A stretch of DNA of 64,000 nucleotides, taken from the NCBI GenBank assembly GCA_951406725.2, contig OX597814.1:26102001-26166000 (forward strand), in the 5' to 3' direction. Under the pieces are notes generated by a model. It saw only the letters and a program-made list of their open reading frames with translations, was not told where the DNA came from and did no database searches. Of the stretch, positions 12,911 through 26,772 are shown in pieces (position 1 is the stretch's first letter; each line of letters starts with the position of its first letter). A program made the translations under genes and the position numbers. The stretch is from Octopus vulgaris. Taxonomy: Eukaryota.

Positions 12911-13250
12911 AGATTGCACTTAAGTAGCAGTGAGGGGGAATATAAGTGGTACAGAAAGGATAGAGGGGAATGTTCCATAAGAGTGCAAAGGGAGATGTCT
13001 AGAGATGGGAAAGAGATGGCTGTAGCAAGTGATGGTGGGAGTAGTTGGAGTCACTGGAAGTGGGGTGTGGTAGATGTGTGAAGGCATTTGGCGTGTGCAG
13101 ATGTTGGGTATTGGACAGATAGGTTGCAGAGGGTAGTTTTGACAAAGGACAGATTGTGTGTGTGTGCACGCAAATGTAAGAGAGAGAGCATGGCCTGCCA
13201 TGATGGAAAGTGGAATAAACTACAACATACTGGGCTGATGGGCTCATGTT
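12467..13250 (-). mobile_element. RTE-type tail plus purine-rich (reverse C/T-rich) 3' UTR
   Basis: catcatttaacgttcgccttctatgccggcatg...ggcatggtttctatggctggat, followed by a GA-rich tract mirroring 9540-10400. Confidence 0.55.
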
Positions 13251-15440
13251 AGACCTAATACGTAAGATATTTTAAAATGAAGTAGTATTTAGAAAGCTAG
13301 AAAATGTGAAGTTTTTCATCAAAATACATCGAAAGTAGGAAACTAAATGACATTTTCTTGCATTTTTGGTTTTTTGTTGTCTTTTTCTGTTTGTTTTTTG
13401 TTTGAAAGCTTGCCAAATTCAATCAGATCAAAACAAAGATTAGAGATCAATTTTGTCTTATTTTCCTGGAATTACTAGGCAACATGGAAGCAGAAAATGA
13501 AGCAAAAGATTTGTAATACCAAATTGAATGAGATTTATATGGATGAGAACTAACAAATGATTTCTACAAACATATCCTGCATTTTAAAAAACAAGGAAAC
13601 AAAATGAACGAGTAGGAAAATGCTTGCAACAGAAACCAAAACAAAGAGAAAATCCTTGAAATTTTCAAAAACGATACAAAATATAAAAGGATATTCTTTT
13701 GTATTGGAAGAGATTTCCACAAAGAAACAGCTTCTGCTGTTTTAGAGTGAGAGGAATTTATTCTATCTTTATAAATTATTTTTAGAAGGGAACACCAGTT
13801 TACCCTGGTATGATAATTGAATGTGGTGTGCATGCTTCTATTTTGGTTATTTACTGATTTTCTTGTTTTCTCTCCTTCATGATTTTTTTTTTTTTTTGCT
13901 TTTGTAAATTATGCCCTTGGCAATTATCTACATTTTAGATAAACAAATTTATATATTATCATCCTTATCACTACCATCATCATCATCATTTAAACCTCCA
14001 CTTTTCCCTGTTTGCATGGGTCAGGCAGAGTTTAATGAAGCAGATTTTCTATGGCCAGATACCCTTCTTGTTGCCAACCCTTGCCTATTTCCAAACAAGT
14101 TTATATTTTCTCGATACCTGACATATTTTTGCAGAATACTGAAAATGAATGGTACTATTTGTATGACAGTGACACTCATTTACAACTATTATGAGATGTC
14201 AAGACAAGGAGACACATACATAGACACTAACACATACATATGTACATATATGGCAGGTCTCTTTCAGTTTCCATCTATCAAAGGCACTAGTAGATCCAGC
14301 ACACAAATAGAAGACACTTGCTCAAGGTGCCACACAGTAGGACTAAACTGAAAACCATCTGGTTGGTAAGCAAACTTCTTAACCACACAGACATACCAGC
14401 CCCTTTAAAAAAATATATCTTTTTCAAATTTAGTCATGCTTAACACAAATTTTGAGCAACACTTATATTTATGAAATACTATCATGGAGTTTAGTTTTAG
14501 AAAGATAGATTAAGAAATGTGAATTTACATTTGCTCTCAATACTAATAATTTTCATTTTGCAATGGTTCATTTAAAAGCTTTCCAAAATTACCTAAAACA
14601 ACTGAAGTAAAAAAATTAGAATAACAAAGAATTGCAATTCAGTAACACATTGTAGCAATGCTTCAGGTGATGCTATTGGTAAATAATTTTAGGGAAGGAG
14701 GTATTTATTCATTTCTTTCTTGAGCATCAAGCAATTTCTCTATCTTTCCCAAAGTTTTGGTTGATGCTGTTCCAGAAACTGGAGTTTGTGGAATTTTTTC
14801 CGCTTTAGTTGGTCTTTATTATTTTTGTTTCATTTTCCTTCTGTCCTTTTTGATTTATGAATTTGTTTTGTCTTTATTATTTTTAGGCTTTGCTTTTTCA
14901 GTGTAGGGGTTGATGGGGAGGTTGCCTTGTCTTTCTGGCTCATCAGGACAAGAGGCTTTGAGGTAACTCTTACTATAAAAAATGCAACATCTACGCATAT
15001 TCCTCTGCCCTTTGACTTAATACCGTAAACTGGGCACAGTTAGGGATTGTGTGTTTTTAAATATATGAGTGTGTTTATATGTGTGTGTGTATGCACATGT
15101 GTGGGGATCATCATTAAGCATACATTTTTTCCATGCTTGCAAGGGTCAGGTGGAATTTGCTGAGGCAAATTTTCCTAGGACCAGATGCCCTTCCTGCTTC
15201 AACCCCTCACCTGTTTCCAAGGAATATAATACTTATCATAACCAAACATGCTTTACAAGGAAGACTGAAAACAAAACATCACTTGTATGATAAGGATGCT
15301 TGTTTACAACCATCACATGATATAAAGACAAAGGTTTACACACAGATGCACACACATATAGATATACATATACATATATAATGTATGTATGTATGTATGT
15401 ATGTATGTATGTATGTATGTATGTATGTATGTATCTCTCC

Positions 15441-15495
<55 letters not shown>

Positions 15496-15524
15496 TGTAT
15501 CTCTTTCTCTCTCACTATATATAT

Positions 15525-15559
<35 letters not shown>

Positions 15560-15699
15560 CATACATACGTACATACATACTCACATACAAGGAGAATGCT
15601 GATTTGAAGACTACAGATCCAGTCCATCACTGGAGCTGTAAAAATCTCTAAACTTTCCACTTCATCATTTAAGTATACATGAGCATGTCTAGAAATGCA

Positions 15700-16289
15700 A
15701 CTAGACATGGAATGAGGTAGTGAAGCATGACCTTTGAACATTGGGCCTCACAGAAGCAATGATGAAAGACCAAGACCTCTGGAGATATGCTGTAACTGTG
15801 AAGACCTGGCAAATAAAGTGAGTTCAATGCTGTATCCTACACCAGTTTCGCATAACCAGCCCCAGCCCATTCAAAAGTGCCTTGGATCATAGGGTGACAT
15901 GCTGTGCTTGAGGAGACCTATTGAATCAAGTACATCAACATCAAAATAAAAATCAAATGGAAATTGTAATTGTGATCCCTGTGCCTGTGGCATGTAAAAA
16001 GCACCATCCAAACATGGCTGATGCCAGTGCTGCCTTGACTGGCTTCCATGCTGGTGGCATGTAAAAAGCACCAACCGATCAGCCTCCTCTGGCCCCTGTG
16101 CTGGTGGCACTTAAAAAGCACCCACTACACTCACATAGTGGTTGGCATTAGGAAGGGCATCCAGCTGTAGAAACACTGCCAGATCAAACTGGAGCCTGGT
16201 TCAGCCTCTTGGCTCCCTAGACCCCAGTTAAACCGTCCAACCCATGCTAGCATGGAAAACAGACGTTAAACGTTTATGATGATGATGAT
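15700..16289 (+). mobile_element. RTE-type 3' UTR with tandem units and (GAT)n tail
   Basis: Repeated gtggcatgtaaaaagcacc units and the shared tail. Confidence 0.8.
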
Positions 16290-16379
16290 ACATGCACACA
16301 TACATACATACATACATACATACATACATACATACATACATACATACATACATACATACAGATATACAAATATGGAAGG

Positions 16380-17510
16380 TGCATAGGTAAAATTAACACC
16401 ACAAATGTACAGAAAATAGACTCCATCAAATACCAGGGGGTAAAACTAGAAGTAGTTAATAGCTTCTGTTACCAAGGTGACCAAGTCAGAAGTGGAAGTG
16501 GATGCTCCAAGAGCCTAGCTGCTAGAATAAGAATAGGCTGAGCAAACTTCAGAGAGCTCCTACTTCTGCTGGAAACAAAGGGCCTCTCCCTCAGAGTGAA
16601 AGACAGATTGTATGATGCCTGTGTGTGAACAGCTATGCTACACAGTAGTGAAATATGGGCTGTAGCAGCTAAGAATATGTGTGGGGTTGAAAGAAATGAA
16701 GCCAGTATGCTTTGTTGGCTGAGCAATGTCGGTGTGCATCTTCAACAGAGTGTAAGCATCTTGAGAGGAAAGTTGGGCATAAGAGGCACCAGATGTGGTG
16801 TGTATGAGAGACGACTGCACTGGTATGGTCATGGGCTGTGTATAGATGAGACAGCTGTGTGAAGAAGTGCCGATCTCTAATGGAGGAAACCTGTGGAAGA
16901 GGTAAGCCTAGGAAAACATGGGATGAAGTGGTGAAGCTTGATCTTTGAACGCTGAGTTTCACAGAAGCAATGACAAATGACTGAGACCTTTGGCAATATG
17001 CCATGCTTGAGAAGCCTCATCATGTCAAGTGAAATCATAGTCTTGGCTGATGCTAGTGTCATGTAACTAGCAGCTGTGCCAGTGGCATGTAAAAGGCACT
17101 TGTTAAACATTGAGCGATATGCTGTGCTTGAGAAAACCCATCAAGCCAAGTGAATTGATAGTCATGGCCAATGGCAGTGTTGCATAACTGGCACTCATGC
17201 TAGTGGCTTGTAAAAGATGCTCTTCAAACTTTGGGCCTCATGGAAGCAATGACAAACGATTGAGACCTTTGGCAATATATCATGCTTGAGAAGACCTGTC
17301 AAGCCAAGGGAAATAATAATCATGGCTGATGCCAGTGATTCGTAACTGGCACCAAAAAGCATCCACCACACTCTTGGAGTGGTTGATGTTAGGAAGGGCA
17401 TCCAGCTGTAGAAACCATGCCAAATCAGATAGGAACTTGGTGCAGCTCCAAGCTTACCAGTTTTCAGTCAAACTATCCAACCCATGCCACCATGGGAAAT
17501 GGACGTTAAT

Positions 17511-17546
<36 letters not shown>

Positions 17547-17590
17547 CGACGACGACGATGACGATGACGATGATGATGATGATGATGATG
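16380..17590 (+). mobile_element. 5'-truncated RTE LINE (RT C-terminus, 3' UTR with ~130-160-bp repeats, GAT/GAC tail)
   Basis: KLEVVNSFCYQGDQVRSGSGCSKSLAARIRIG*ANFRELLLLLETKGLSLRVKDRLYDACV*TAMLHSSEIW...ERRLHWYGH...GRGKPRKTWDEVVK. Three copies of the tgcttgagaa...aagtgaaat unit. Confidence 0.92.
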
Positions 17591-17745
17591 GACTTCTTCC
17601 AGTCTCTACTCACAAGGTTTTTGCCAGCCTGGTCCTATAGTTGAAGACACTTGTCCAAGAGCTAATATGTTGCAAAGTGGAACTGAAACTGAGTCTAAAT
17701 GGTCAGAAAGCAACCTTTTTGACTACACTGCAATGCCAGTACCTT
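17591..17745 (-). mobile_element. SINE 5' (tRNA/CORE) part
   Basis: ctcacaaggttttt...ctatagttgaagacacttgtccaag...ggaactgaaact. Confidence 0.65.
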
Positions 17746-17777
17746 ATACTGTATATGTATGTATATATGTAAGTATG

Positions 17778-17811
<34 letters not shown>

Positions 17812-17874
17812 TGTATGTATGTATGTATGCATGCATGTATGTATGCATACATGTATGTGTGTATGTATGTACAT

Positions 17875-17934
<60 letters not shown>

Positions 17935-18479
17935 GATTTAAAGGAATTGTAGATGTTTGATGCACTGTTAATCTTTAATCATGATAAAAATTTCCACCTT
18001 ACCTCCCCTTCTCTAAAAATCTACAAACAAGGTATTATTGGTTTCCATTATAGCATGCCAGGATTTTCCAATTCCTTTTGCTCTGTTAGAGTAACATGAG
18101 ATACCAATTCCCTAGTAACTATTTTTTTTTATTGAATGTTTTTATATCAGTTTTTATTGTCCTTGCATGTGATTGGTTTTGATATGGTGATGTGTTTTGG
18201 TATTTGTATTGCATATTAATGTTTATTAGCACATTTAAAGCAATATTCTATAGCAGAATGTCTCCTGGATTCTACCTTGCCTATCTTGCTATCATATTCA
18301 AATTCATTTATTTTACTATTGTATTCAAATTCACTTATGCACAGCCATCACATTTTCAGCCACCATCAGATCTTTTGGTTATAGTCTAATGAAGTCAACC
18401 CAATTCCTATCGAAGTGTTTTGGGATATCTATGATGAGCTTTTGGTTTTTTTTTAATTAATGATAGTAATGCACAAGAG

Positions 18480-19043
18480 TCATAAAAACAACAGATACTC
18501 AGGAAATTGATTTTTCCAAATGCCTCAGAGGCTCATTAGAAGTAGTGGATAATTTCTGCTACATAGGAGACAAAATTAGTAGTGGGGGCAGATGTACAGA
18601 GAGTGTAATAGCTAGAATAAGAATAAGATGGAGAAATTCGAAAAGTCAGAGATTTTTTACCTCTCTGAGAAAAAGAAAAATTATATGATGCATGTATACA
18701 AACAGAAATTCTACATGATAATGAGATGTGTGCCCTGAATGCACAGAGGAAATGTGAATGCTAGAGAAGAATGAGGTTAGTATGTTCTGCTGGAACATTA
18801 GAAAGGGTATCCAGCCTTAGAAACCAAGCCAAATAAGACTAGAACCTGGTGCAGCTCTTCAGCTTGCCAGCTCTGACCAAATCGTCCAATCCAAGCCAGC
18901 ACGGAAATCAGATGCTAAAGGACGATGATGATGATGATGACAACTACAATGACGACGACAGCGACGACGATGATGAGGATGAGGAGGAGGATGAGGATGA
19001 AGATGACGACGACGATGATGAAGATGACGATGGTGATGGTGCT

Positions 19044-19074
<31 letters not shown>

Positions 19075-19077
19075 ATA

Positions 19078-19127
<50 letters not shown>

Positions 19128-19203
19128 GGTGGTGGTGGTGGTGGTGGTGGTGATGATGATGATGATGGGGTGGTGGTGCTGATAGTGATGGTGATGATGA
19201 TGA
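18480..19203 (+). mobile_element. Internally deleted RTE remnant with expanded mixed trinucleotide tail
   Basis: LEVVDNFCYIGDKISSGGRCTESVIARIRIRWRN joined to the tail at ~18800. Tail expanded to GAT/GAC/GAG/GCT/GGT (18921-19203). Confidence 0.8.
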
Positions 19204-20579
19204 TATATACATTTAAATTTTGATGTCATTTAAATTTATTTTTCATTGGCACCAGCTATACTAAATCGATGTTAGTACTAAAGTTACAGTTTAGGTTTCC
19301 AGTATGTAGTATGCTATCGCTTATGGAAATTTCATTCCATTGTAGTATTTGACTGTTTTCTGCATCATATGTTCCAGCAATTCCTGGCTTAGATGTTTCT
19401 CCCTTCATTTGTTCTTTTCAATGTTCCTCTAGTGTGACATGTAAGAACCTCCTAGTTTTTCCTTTATAAGATTTTCCACAAACCAATAGGAGATTTAGAT
19501 GCAGTTATGTTTCAGCTATTACAGTCTAAGTTTTATTTTAATGAGAAACCTGTGAAGTGTGTTGTTACTTTTAAATACAATTCTAGTGTTATGTGTTGCA
19601 GAAGCACAACTAAGGCAAAACAACCACCTAGTTTGTGCATGTGCAACACATAACATTAGACAAATTTTACTGTGTCCCTACCTTCTTGAACTGCAGCTAT
19701 AAAGAATACAGCCTACAACAATTAGATGAAGTCACCAACCATCAACAGCTTAGTTAAGTTTGTTTATCTTTGTAATGTCTTCGGTGTGACTACTATGGAA
19801 TCAAAGGATGCAGAATTTCTCACCTTCCTAATTCCTACCAGTTTTCTCATCTCCAGCCAAAATAATAACTACTAGTTTTTCAAGATCCATTTATTTGTCT
19901 GTGGCACAGTTTAGACAAAGGCACCATATTTGCTGTCCATTTGGATCACAATTCACACAACAAAATCTTCCTTAAATTCTACACTTTAGCACCATATATT
20001 TCTCTTTCATACGCTGCTGCTTAGTGCAAAAACACTGCCTTGATTATTCCAACTAAATAAATAGGCTAAGCTTCATAATCTTCATCTGACTATTACTCAG
20101 AAACAGTGCATTCCTAACCCATTGCTATTAAACTGTTCAACCTCCACCCTTTACAGAGATCTAATGAAACCTATAGAAATATTCAATGGTATGTCACATT
20201 TCAAAGAGAAACCTCTCCGAGGCTGCCATCTATTAAGCCATTGCCCTTACTTCCAATACATCAAATATTTGTAAATAATCAGCTAACCTCTTCACATTCC
20301 ATTACTATACTTTTTGTTGAACCAGATCTACCAACAATTAGTTTTTCCATGCCATGCAAGTGGTTTTTCACTCTTGAAATCATCACTGAAAGCAATGCTG
20401 TTTCTCTTGGCATAAGAAGAACCATGAACCCTCAAACAATCTTTCCAGTTTAGGAGTATTAAATGTCTCTCTTCTCTAGAATTAGACGTTTCTACTTGGA
20501 CCACTCATTTCTATTTCTGTCACCTCTAGAGTACCTTAAAGTTTTGACAATCTATGCACTTTCTCCCAGGCATCACCCA

Positions 20580-20830
20580 CAAGGAAAACATTACATCTGA
20601 ACAAAGATATCAGAAGCATTTTCCTAAGGGAAAATGACAAACCAGCTAATCTGACAGCAACAAAGTACATAAAATAAAGAAGCAATTTTTTAAAATATGA
20701 CCCCTACTCATGAACAGGCTTTTATAGATTTACAGCTAACAATGTTCTGATGATTAAAGTGACTGCACATTCACAATGCCAAAATTGTTTTCCAAAGACT
20801 TGGATTTTATTTCACTAGCAAAATACATTT
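20580..20830 (+). mobile_element. Possible ancient PLE reverse-transcriptase N-terminal remnant
   Basis: Scattered motifs across frames: NITSEQR, KPA, DP, FYFTSKIH, resembling PLE NITxEER...KPADKG...DPT...FYxLPKIHK. Confidence 0.3.
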
Positions 20831-21689
20831 CATATATGAATAGTTGCTGAATTTTCACGAAGTTCAGTAGTGACCTACACTCATATATTAACCATATATC
20901 TGGAACAGAGCTGTTACCTATTGCTTCTTACAAACACCTCAAACTAGAACTAAAAATAGACCAGCTGGCGAATTCTAAAACACTCATCAAACATCACAAG
21001 AAATATATAGATATATTGTTTTCTATCTCTGTCTATTCAACAGCTTCTTATGACTATTTCTACTCCTCTAAACTAGTAAATTGTTTACTACTTCCACTCA
21101 AACCAGTGTAAAGTATTTGCCTCTTCTCTTGTCTATTGTGTTCCCACCAAATCTCACATTCAACACTTTTTGCAATCATTTTCCTCTGTAACTGTATCCA
21201 TCTGAATTTCTCCTCTGCTCACATTTTGTCAAGAAGCTTCAAGCTAAGCTTTTAACAACATTAACTTTACCAGCCAGAAGGATTTGCAGAGATCATGGAT
21301 TCTGCTCCACCTTTGACAAAATAATCAAAATTAAAACATGGAAAAGTGAAGGTATAATCCATCCCGTATGAGATTTCCTGAAGACAAATCACTGGTTATA
21401 AACCATTCTGATCAACTGTTCAACTAAAAAATTCTCAAAATTGTTTTGCAGGTGATATGACAGAAAATTTGTTTTTTTATGACATAACTGTGGTGTAACT
21501 AACATTTTTCAGACTTCTCACTTGCAGTGTCAGTCAATTGAGTTCCAACTGAGAAACTGTTTTTATGTAGAAAAATTCTTCAATATTTGGACTCCTTTTG
21601 CTTGAATTATTTTTCTTACTGTTGGTTTATAAATATGCTAATGTTTAATTAATAAAACACAGTTAATATTATGCAATAAATATAAATCT

Positions 21690-21840
21690 ATGAGCTGACT
21701 GGCAGAATCATTGGTATGCTGGGTAAAATGCTTTGCAATATTTCATCTGTTTTTATGTTCTGAGTTCAAATTCCACCAAGGTCGATTTTACCTTTCATCC
21801 TTTTAAGATTGATAAAATAAGTACCAGTTGAGCACTGGCC
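21690..21840 (+). mobile_element. tRNA-derived SINE with Meta/MESC-like domain
   Basis: ctggcagaatcatt...ttctgagttcaaattccaccaaggtcgattttacctttcatcc...gataaaataagtaccag. Confidence 0.75.
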
Positions 21841-22189
21841 TTACTACCAAAGTTTTAAACTAATTTTATGCTATAAATTGTGTATGCAGGCTATACAAGA
21901 GGGATGAAAATGCAGAAAGAAAAATGTTAAGTAACATTGCAATAAATTTTGGTATACACCAAAGTTAGGTTATGTCTCCAACACTCTTTCTTCTGTATCT
22001 TCTTACTATATGTGTTCCTTCTTACCATATGTGTTCATAATACTGCACTTCAATTCTCATTAATCAGCCTTTAGTTGTCAGACAACCTTGAGATCTTACA
22101 AATAAATGCCTTGCTTCCGTGAAAAATCCCACAGAAATTCCATGAAGAGATCTCACAGAAACAACCTTCGGCAGAGTCACAACATCATG

Positions 22190-22339
22190 CTTTCTTCCCA
22201 ACTACAAGGTTCTGGGTTCAGTCCCACTGCATGGCACCTTGGTTAAGTGTCTTCTACTATAGCCTCGTGCTGACCAAAGCCTCATGAGGAGTTTGGTAGA
22301 CAGAAACTGGAAGAAGCCCGTTGTATATGCATACATAGA

Positions 22340-22378
<39 letters not shown>

Positions 22379-22605
22379 ATGCATGTGTGTGTATGTATTC
22401 GTGTGTCTGTGTTTGTCCCCCGGCCATCGCTTGACAATTGATGCTGGTCTGTTTATGTCCCCATAACTTAGTGGTTCAGCAAAAGAGGCAAATAGAATAA
22501 GTACTAGGGGTCGAGTTCTTCGACTAGCACCTTTTAAGGTGGTACTCCAGCATAGCTGAAGTTAAATGACTGAAACGAGTAAGAGAGTAAAAGAATAAAA
22601 GAATA
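22190..22605 (+). mobile_element. Composite SINE: tRNA head, CORE-like box, (TG)n linker, 3' domain ending gactgaaac...aaaaga
   Basis: B-box-like ggttcagtccc, ccttggttaagtgtcttctactatagcc, microsatellite linker, then tttgtcccc...agaataagtact...aaatgactgaaac. Confidence 0.85.
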
Positions 22606-23560
22606 ACAAAAATTTGGGAAATAAATACCAGGGTAGCAGATCACATTATAAAAAATGAGATAATCCTTGCTAACTAAGATACAAGGTAAACACTGAATTG
22701 TAAGTTTTGTAGATGTTGATGCTTAACCCCAGATAAGCTCTATTCAAGCAGACTTATAAGGTCAAAGATGTTCCAGCCACAACCATCCCACCATTGCCTG
22801 TGTTCTTTCATTTTAAGCATGTTAATCACCACATGTATCACCAGTGCTTCATTGCAAATTTCACACAAGTGCCATATGCACCACCAGTGGTACATTTTCA
22901 TAATTGGAGAAAATGTTTTACTCTGTTTGAGGAGATTTAAATAAGTTGAGTGCTCTATATTAAAGTTTAATTATGAAATATTGTAAAAATACAAAAAAAT
23001 AACATTTCCTTGCAATTAAACAGTATGCTGTGTGACTAGAAATACATGGTAACACTGAGAAGTTCCAGTAACAGTGGTGGTTAACATGTTAAAATTATAG
23101 GATATGTTTTAAGGAGATTTAATTACTATTTCTAGCAGAGAGAGTGGCTGTGTAGAGGCTTCTTCTTAAGCTCACTGAACTTCGAATCAAAATGATATGT
23201 GAAGTATTGTAAAAGTTTGATGGATCTAAGGGTGTCTTTTAACTATGGAACCAATGTAATGTTGTAGCCCTTGTTTAACTCCAACCAAATCTATGATCAA
23301 AGGCATTCCAACCATGACTATCCCATTCTTCTGTTAGGCATTACATATATTCTAAGATTACATTGTGCAATGTACCCTTTCCTTTTTAAGATAGTGTTGG
23401 CTATCATTAAAGGAACATTTAGCTGCTATTTCCAGAAGGTAATATGAGGGCTAGTGATGGTAATAGTGGATGATCTTAAGGGAGAAGAATAACAAATTAT
23501 TGATTCTTAGAGAACAGGATATTGGGTATTTCTTTATTTGAACTTACCACCTCGCAAAGG

Positions 23561-23585
23561 AGAAAGAAAGAAAGAAAGGAAGATA

Positions 23586-23658
<73 letters not shown>

Positions 23659-23681
23659 GAAGAAAGAAAGAAAGAAAGAAA
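23561..23681. repeat. (GAAA)n microsatellite
   Basis: Directly visible. Confidence 0.95.
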
Positions 23682-24380
23682 ATACTGAGCTGTGATCATA
23701 CTAAAATATTCTCAGCAGGGTTGCTGTTTTGCAATCTTGGATTCCAGTTGATATCAAAGACATAATCTGGAAGTATAATTCAATTGTAGATGCAACAGAT
23801 GTTAGGCTACCACGACTACTATTAGAACTATGAAACCAATCCCATTATCAACACCTCTACAACAATCCCCACCACTACCACCACCACCACCACCACCACC
23901 ACCACCCTCCTCATCAGCATCATCAGCAGTAGCAGTAGCATTATCTTTTGCATTATTACTATTAGGTAAACTCTTCATAAACACTGATGTCATTTTCAGC
24001 AGCGACCACCTCTTCTTTCATCACATTTACACAGTATTAACAGCCATAGAATCTTCAGCTTTCTATTTAACCCACACCAACCCTTGCATCATCTGCCTCC
24101 ACTCTGAGACAATGTTTACTACTTCTTTTGCTGATGTCCAGTTTGTGCTTGGTTGTGAGCTTAAATATGTGGCTATGCAGCTGATGGTGTATTGATCCAA
24201 TTTTCATGTCTGTGTTGCTCAGTTTGCATGTATGTATATATTTTTCTATTTATTATACATGTGTATACCTGTATCTATATCTGTATCACTGTATATCCAT
24301 TTCTAGATCAATATTTATCTCTCTATATACACAAGCACATACATACATGCATACATACATACATGCATGCACACACACAC

Positions 24381-24650
24381 ATCATCATCATTTAACGTCC
24401 GCTTTCCATGCTGGCTTGGGTTGGATGATTTGACTGAGGACTGGCAAGCTAGGAGGCCATACCAGGATCCAATCTGATCTGGAAAGGTTTCTATAGCTGG
24501 ATGCCCTTCCTAACACCAACCACTCCAAGAGTGTAATGGGTGCTTTTTACATGCCACCGGCATGTGGACCAATCAGGTGATACTAGCATTGACCACATTT
24601 GAATGGTGCTTTTTACATTCCAACGGCATGGAAGCCAGTTAGGTAGCCAT
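24381..24650 (-). mobile_element. RTE-type 3' tail
   Basis: catcatcatttaacgtccgctttccatgctggc...ctggatgcccttcctaacacc. Confidence 0.8.
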
Positions 24651-24663
24651 GCTCATAAAAATG

Positions 24664-24714
<51 letters not shown>

Positions 24715-24737
24715 AGATATATATATATATACATATA

Positions 24738-25505
24738 TAGGTGGAGATGTGACTGTGTGGTAAGAAGCTTGCTTTCCAACCACATGGTTTTCCAGGTTCA
24801 GTCCCACAGCATGACACCTTGGGCAACTATCTTCTACTGTAGCCTAAGGCCAAGCAAAGCCTTGTGTGTAGATTTGGTAGGCAGAAACTGAAAGAAGCCA
24901 ATCATTTATATACACACACACACACATACATGTATATATTTGTATATACTTGAAATCATAATCGTAGTCATGGCTGAAGCCAGTGTCAGATAGCTAGCAC
25001 CCATACTGGTGACACATAAAAAGTATCATTCAAACGTTGGGCCTCACAGAGGCAGTGACAAGTGATCAAGACCTTTGGTGATATACCTCACTTGAGAAGA
25101 CCTATCAAGCCAAGTGAGATCATAGTCATGGCCGATGCTGGTGCTACATAATTGGAAACCATGCCAGTGGCATGTAAAAGGCATGCACTACACTTTTGGA
25201 GTGGCTGGCATTAGGAAGAGCATCCATCCATACCAAATCAGGTTGGAACCTGGTGCAGCTCCCCAGTTTACCTGTTTTCAGTCAAAGTGTCCAACACATG
25301 CCAACATGGAAACATCATCATAACTTGGCATCAGTTCTTGGTGTGTTTACGTCCCCATAATTTAGCAGTTTGGCAAAACAGACCGATAGAATAAGTACTA
25401 GTCTTACAGAGAATAAGTCCTGGGGCCAATATGTTCAACTAAAATTCCCTTCAGGTGGTACTCCAGCATGATCACAGTCAAATGACTGAAACAAGTAAAA
25501 GAATA
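24738..25505 (+). mobile_element. Composite SINE split by an RTE 3' UTR fragment (~24950-25320)
   Basis: SINE head 24738-24900, RTE UTR/tail in the middle, SINE 3' domain 25335-25505. Confidence 0.75.
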
Positions 25506-25553
25506 TAAAAAATATATACATGCATGCATACATACATAGATACATACACAAAC

Positions 25554-25600
<47 letters not shown>

Positions 25601-26772
25601 AATATATATATACGTGCATGTGTGTATGTATGTATGTATGTATGTATGTATGTATGTATGTATGTACAACTGAGTACTCTTAGCACATTGCTTGCTCTTA
25701 GAATGTAGTCCTCACATTCAGCTGTAGGTATATTCTGCAAGGAAAAATTAAAATGCTTTCAGCTTAGATAGGTTGCCATCATTCTCCTTCTCTCTGATGT
25801 GAAGGTCATCATATTTAGTCATATTCCTCTATCTTCTCCTTATTATTATTCCCATTGTCATCATCACAATCATTACTGCCACCAACAGTACCTCACTAAC
25901 TTCCAGTGAACATTGGTTTTTTTTCTTCTTTTTATTATTATAATCAGTTACACAAACAGCTGGCACTATATTATTGTTTTCCTTGTTATTTCTGTGGTGT
26001 TGATTTTGTGTTGTTATTTTCCTTATTCTGTGCCTCTCTTCTATTCAACGTTATTCCTTTCAAATTCGTATTAAATATTGCTTCTCAGTAATTTGATTGA
26101 GATCAAAGTGTATTTATCTGCTCTTATAAGCTTAATATCTAATAAGGATTCTATTAAAGACCACAGATATTAAACAGATATGCAGAACAAAATGATGAGT
26201 TATAGGTTAGCAGTATTACAATTTTTTCAGGATTCAGACTATCTTTCATGTGGCTGTTGTTATTTAGCTCTGATACAATCCTGATTGAACAGACTTTATA
26301 TTCAAGGGCATTCCAGCCATGACTATCTCATATTTTTCCTATGTAATAAAAACCCAGGGCTACATTATTCAACAGGTCTTTTCAAGGACACTAAGTTGTT
26401 ATTTAAATGAGATTCGGTTATTATTCCTAAAAGAGTGAATGACAACATTTAGGCTACTTCATTGGTTTCTCTCACATGGAAATGTAATAGCTTGATTACA
26501 GCCTAAAACCGAAATCAGTACCAGAGCAAAACAATAAACAATTTGATGTTTACAGATATATTTTTAGATACTTTCTATTTCACCATTTTAAAATTTCATT
26601 TATTTTCTTAAATGTTCTTTTTTGTAACATGTCAGTCAGGTTTTACCAAAATACACACACACCAGCAAAATATTAAAAAATGCAACCTATGAACAATTAT
26701 GTTATGTATGCTACTTCCTCTACATCATTACTAGACTGAATTTATTTGTATTTTATTATTTACAAAACACAA

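Noticed and set aside
14700-14820. Minus-strand peptide RPTKAEKIPQTPVSGTASTKTLGKIEKLLDAQERNE*
   Set aside because: Preceded by in-frame stops, with no pyrimidine tract or start codon and no recognisable domain.
15985-16125. Repeated gtggcatgtaaaaagcacc with variable spacers, CRISPR-like at first glance
   Set aside because: Eukaryotic context, spacers resemble each other, and the units belong to the RTE 3' UTR seen at several loci.
18849-19229. Poly-D/H/M/I ORFs
   Set aside because: Expanded RTE trinucleotide tail.
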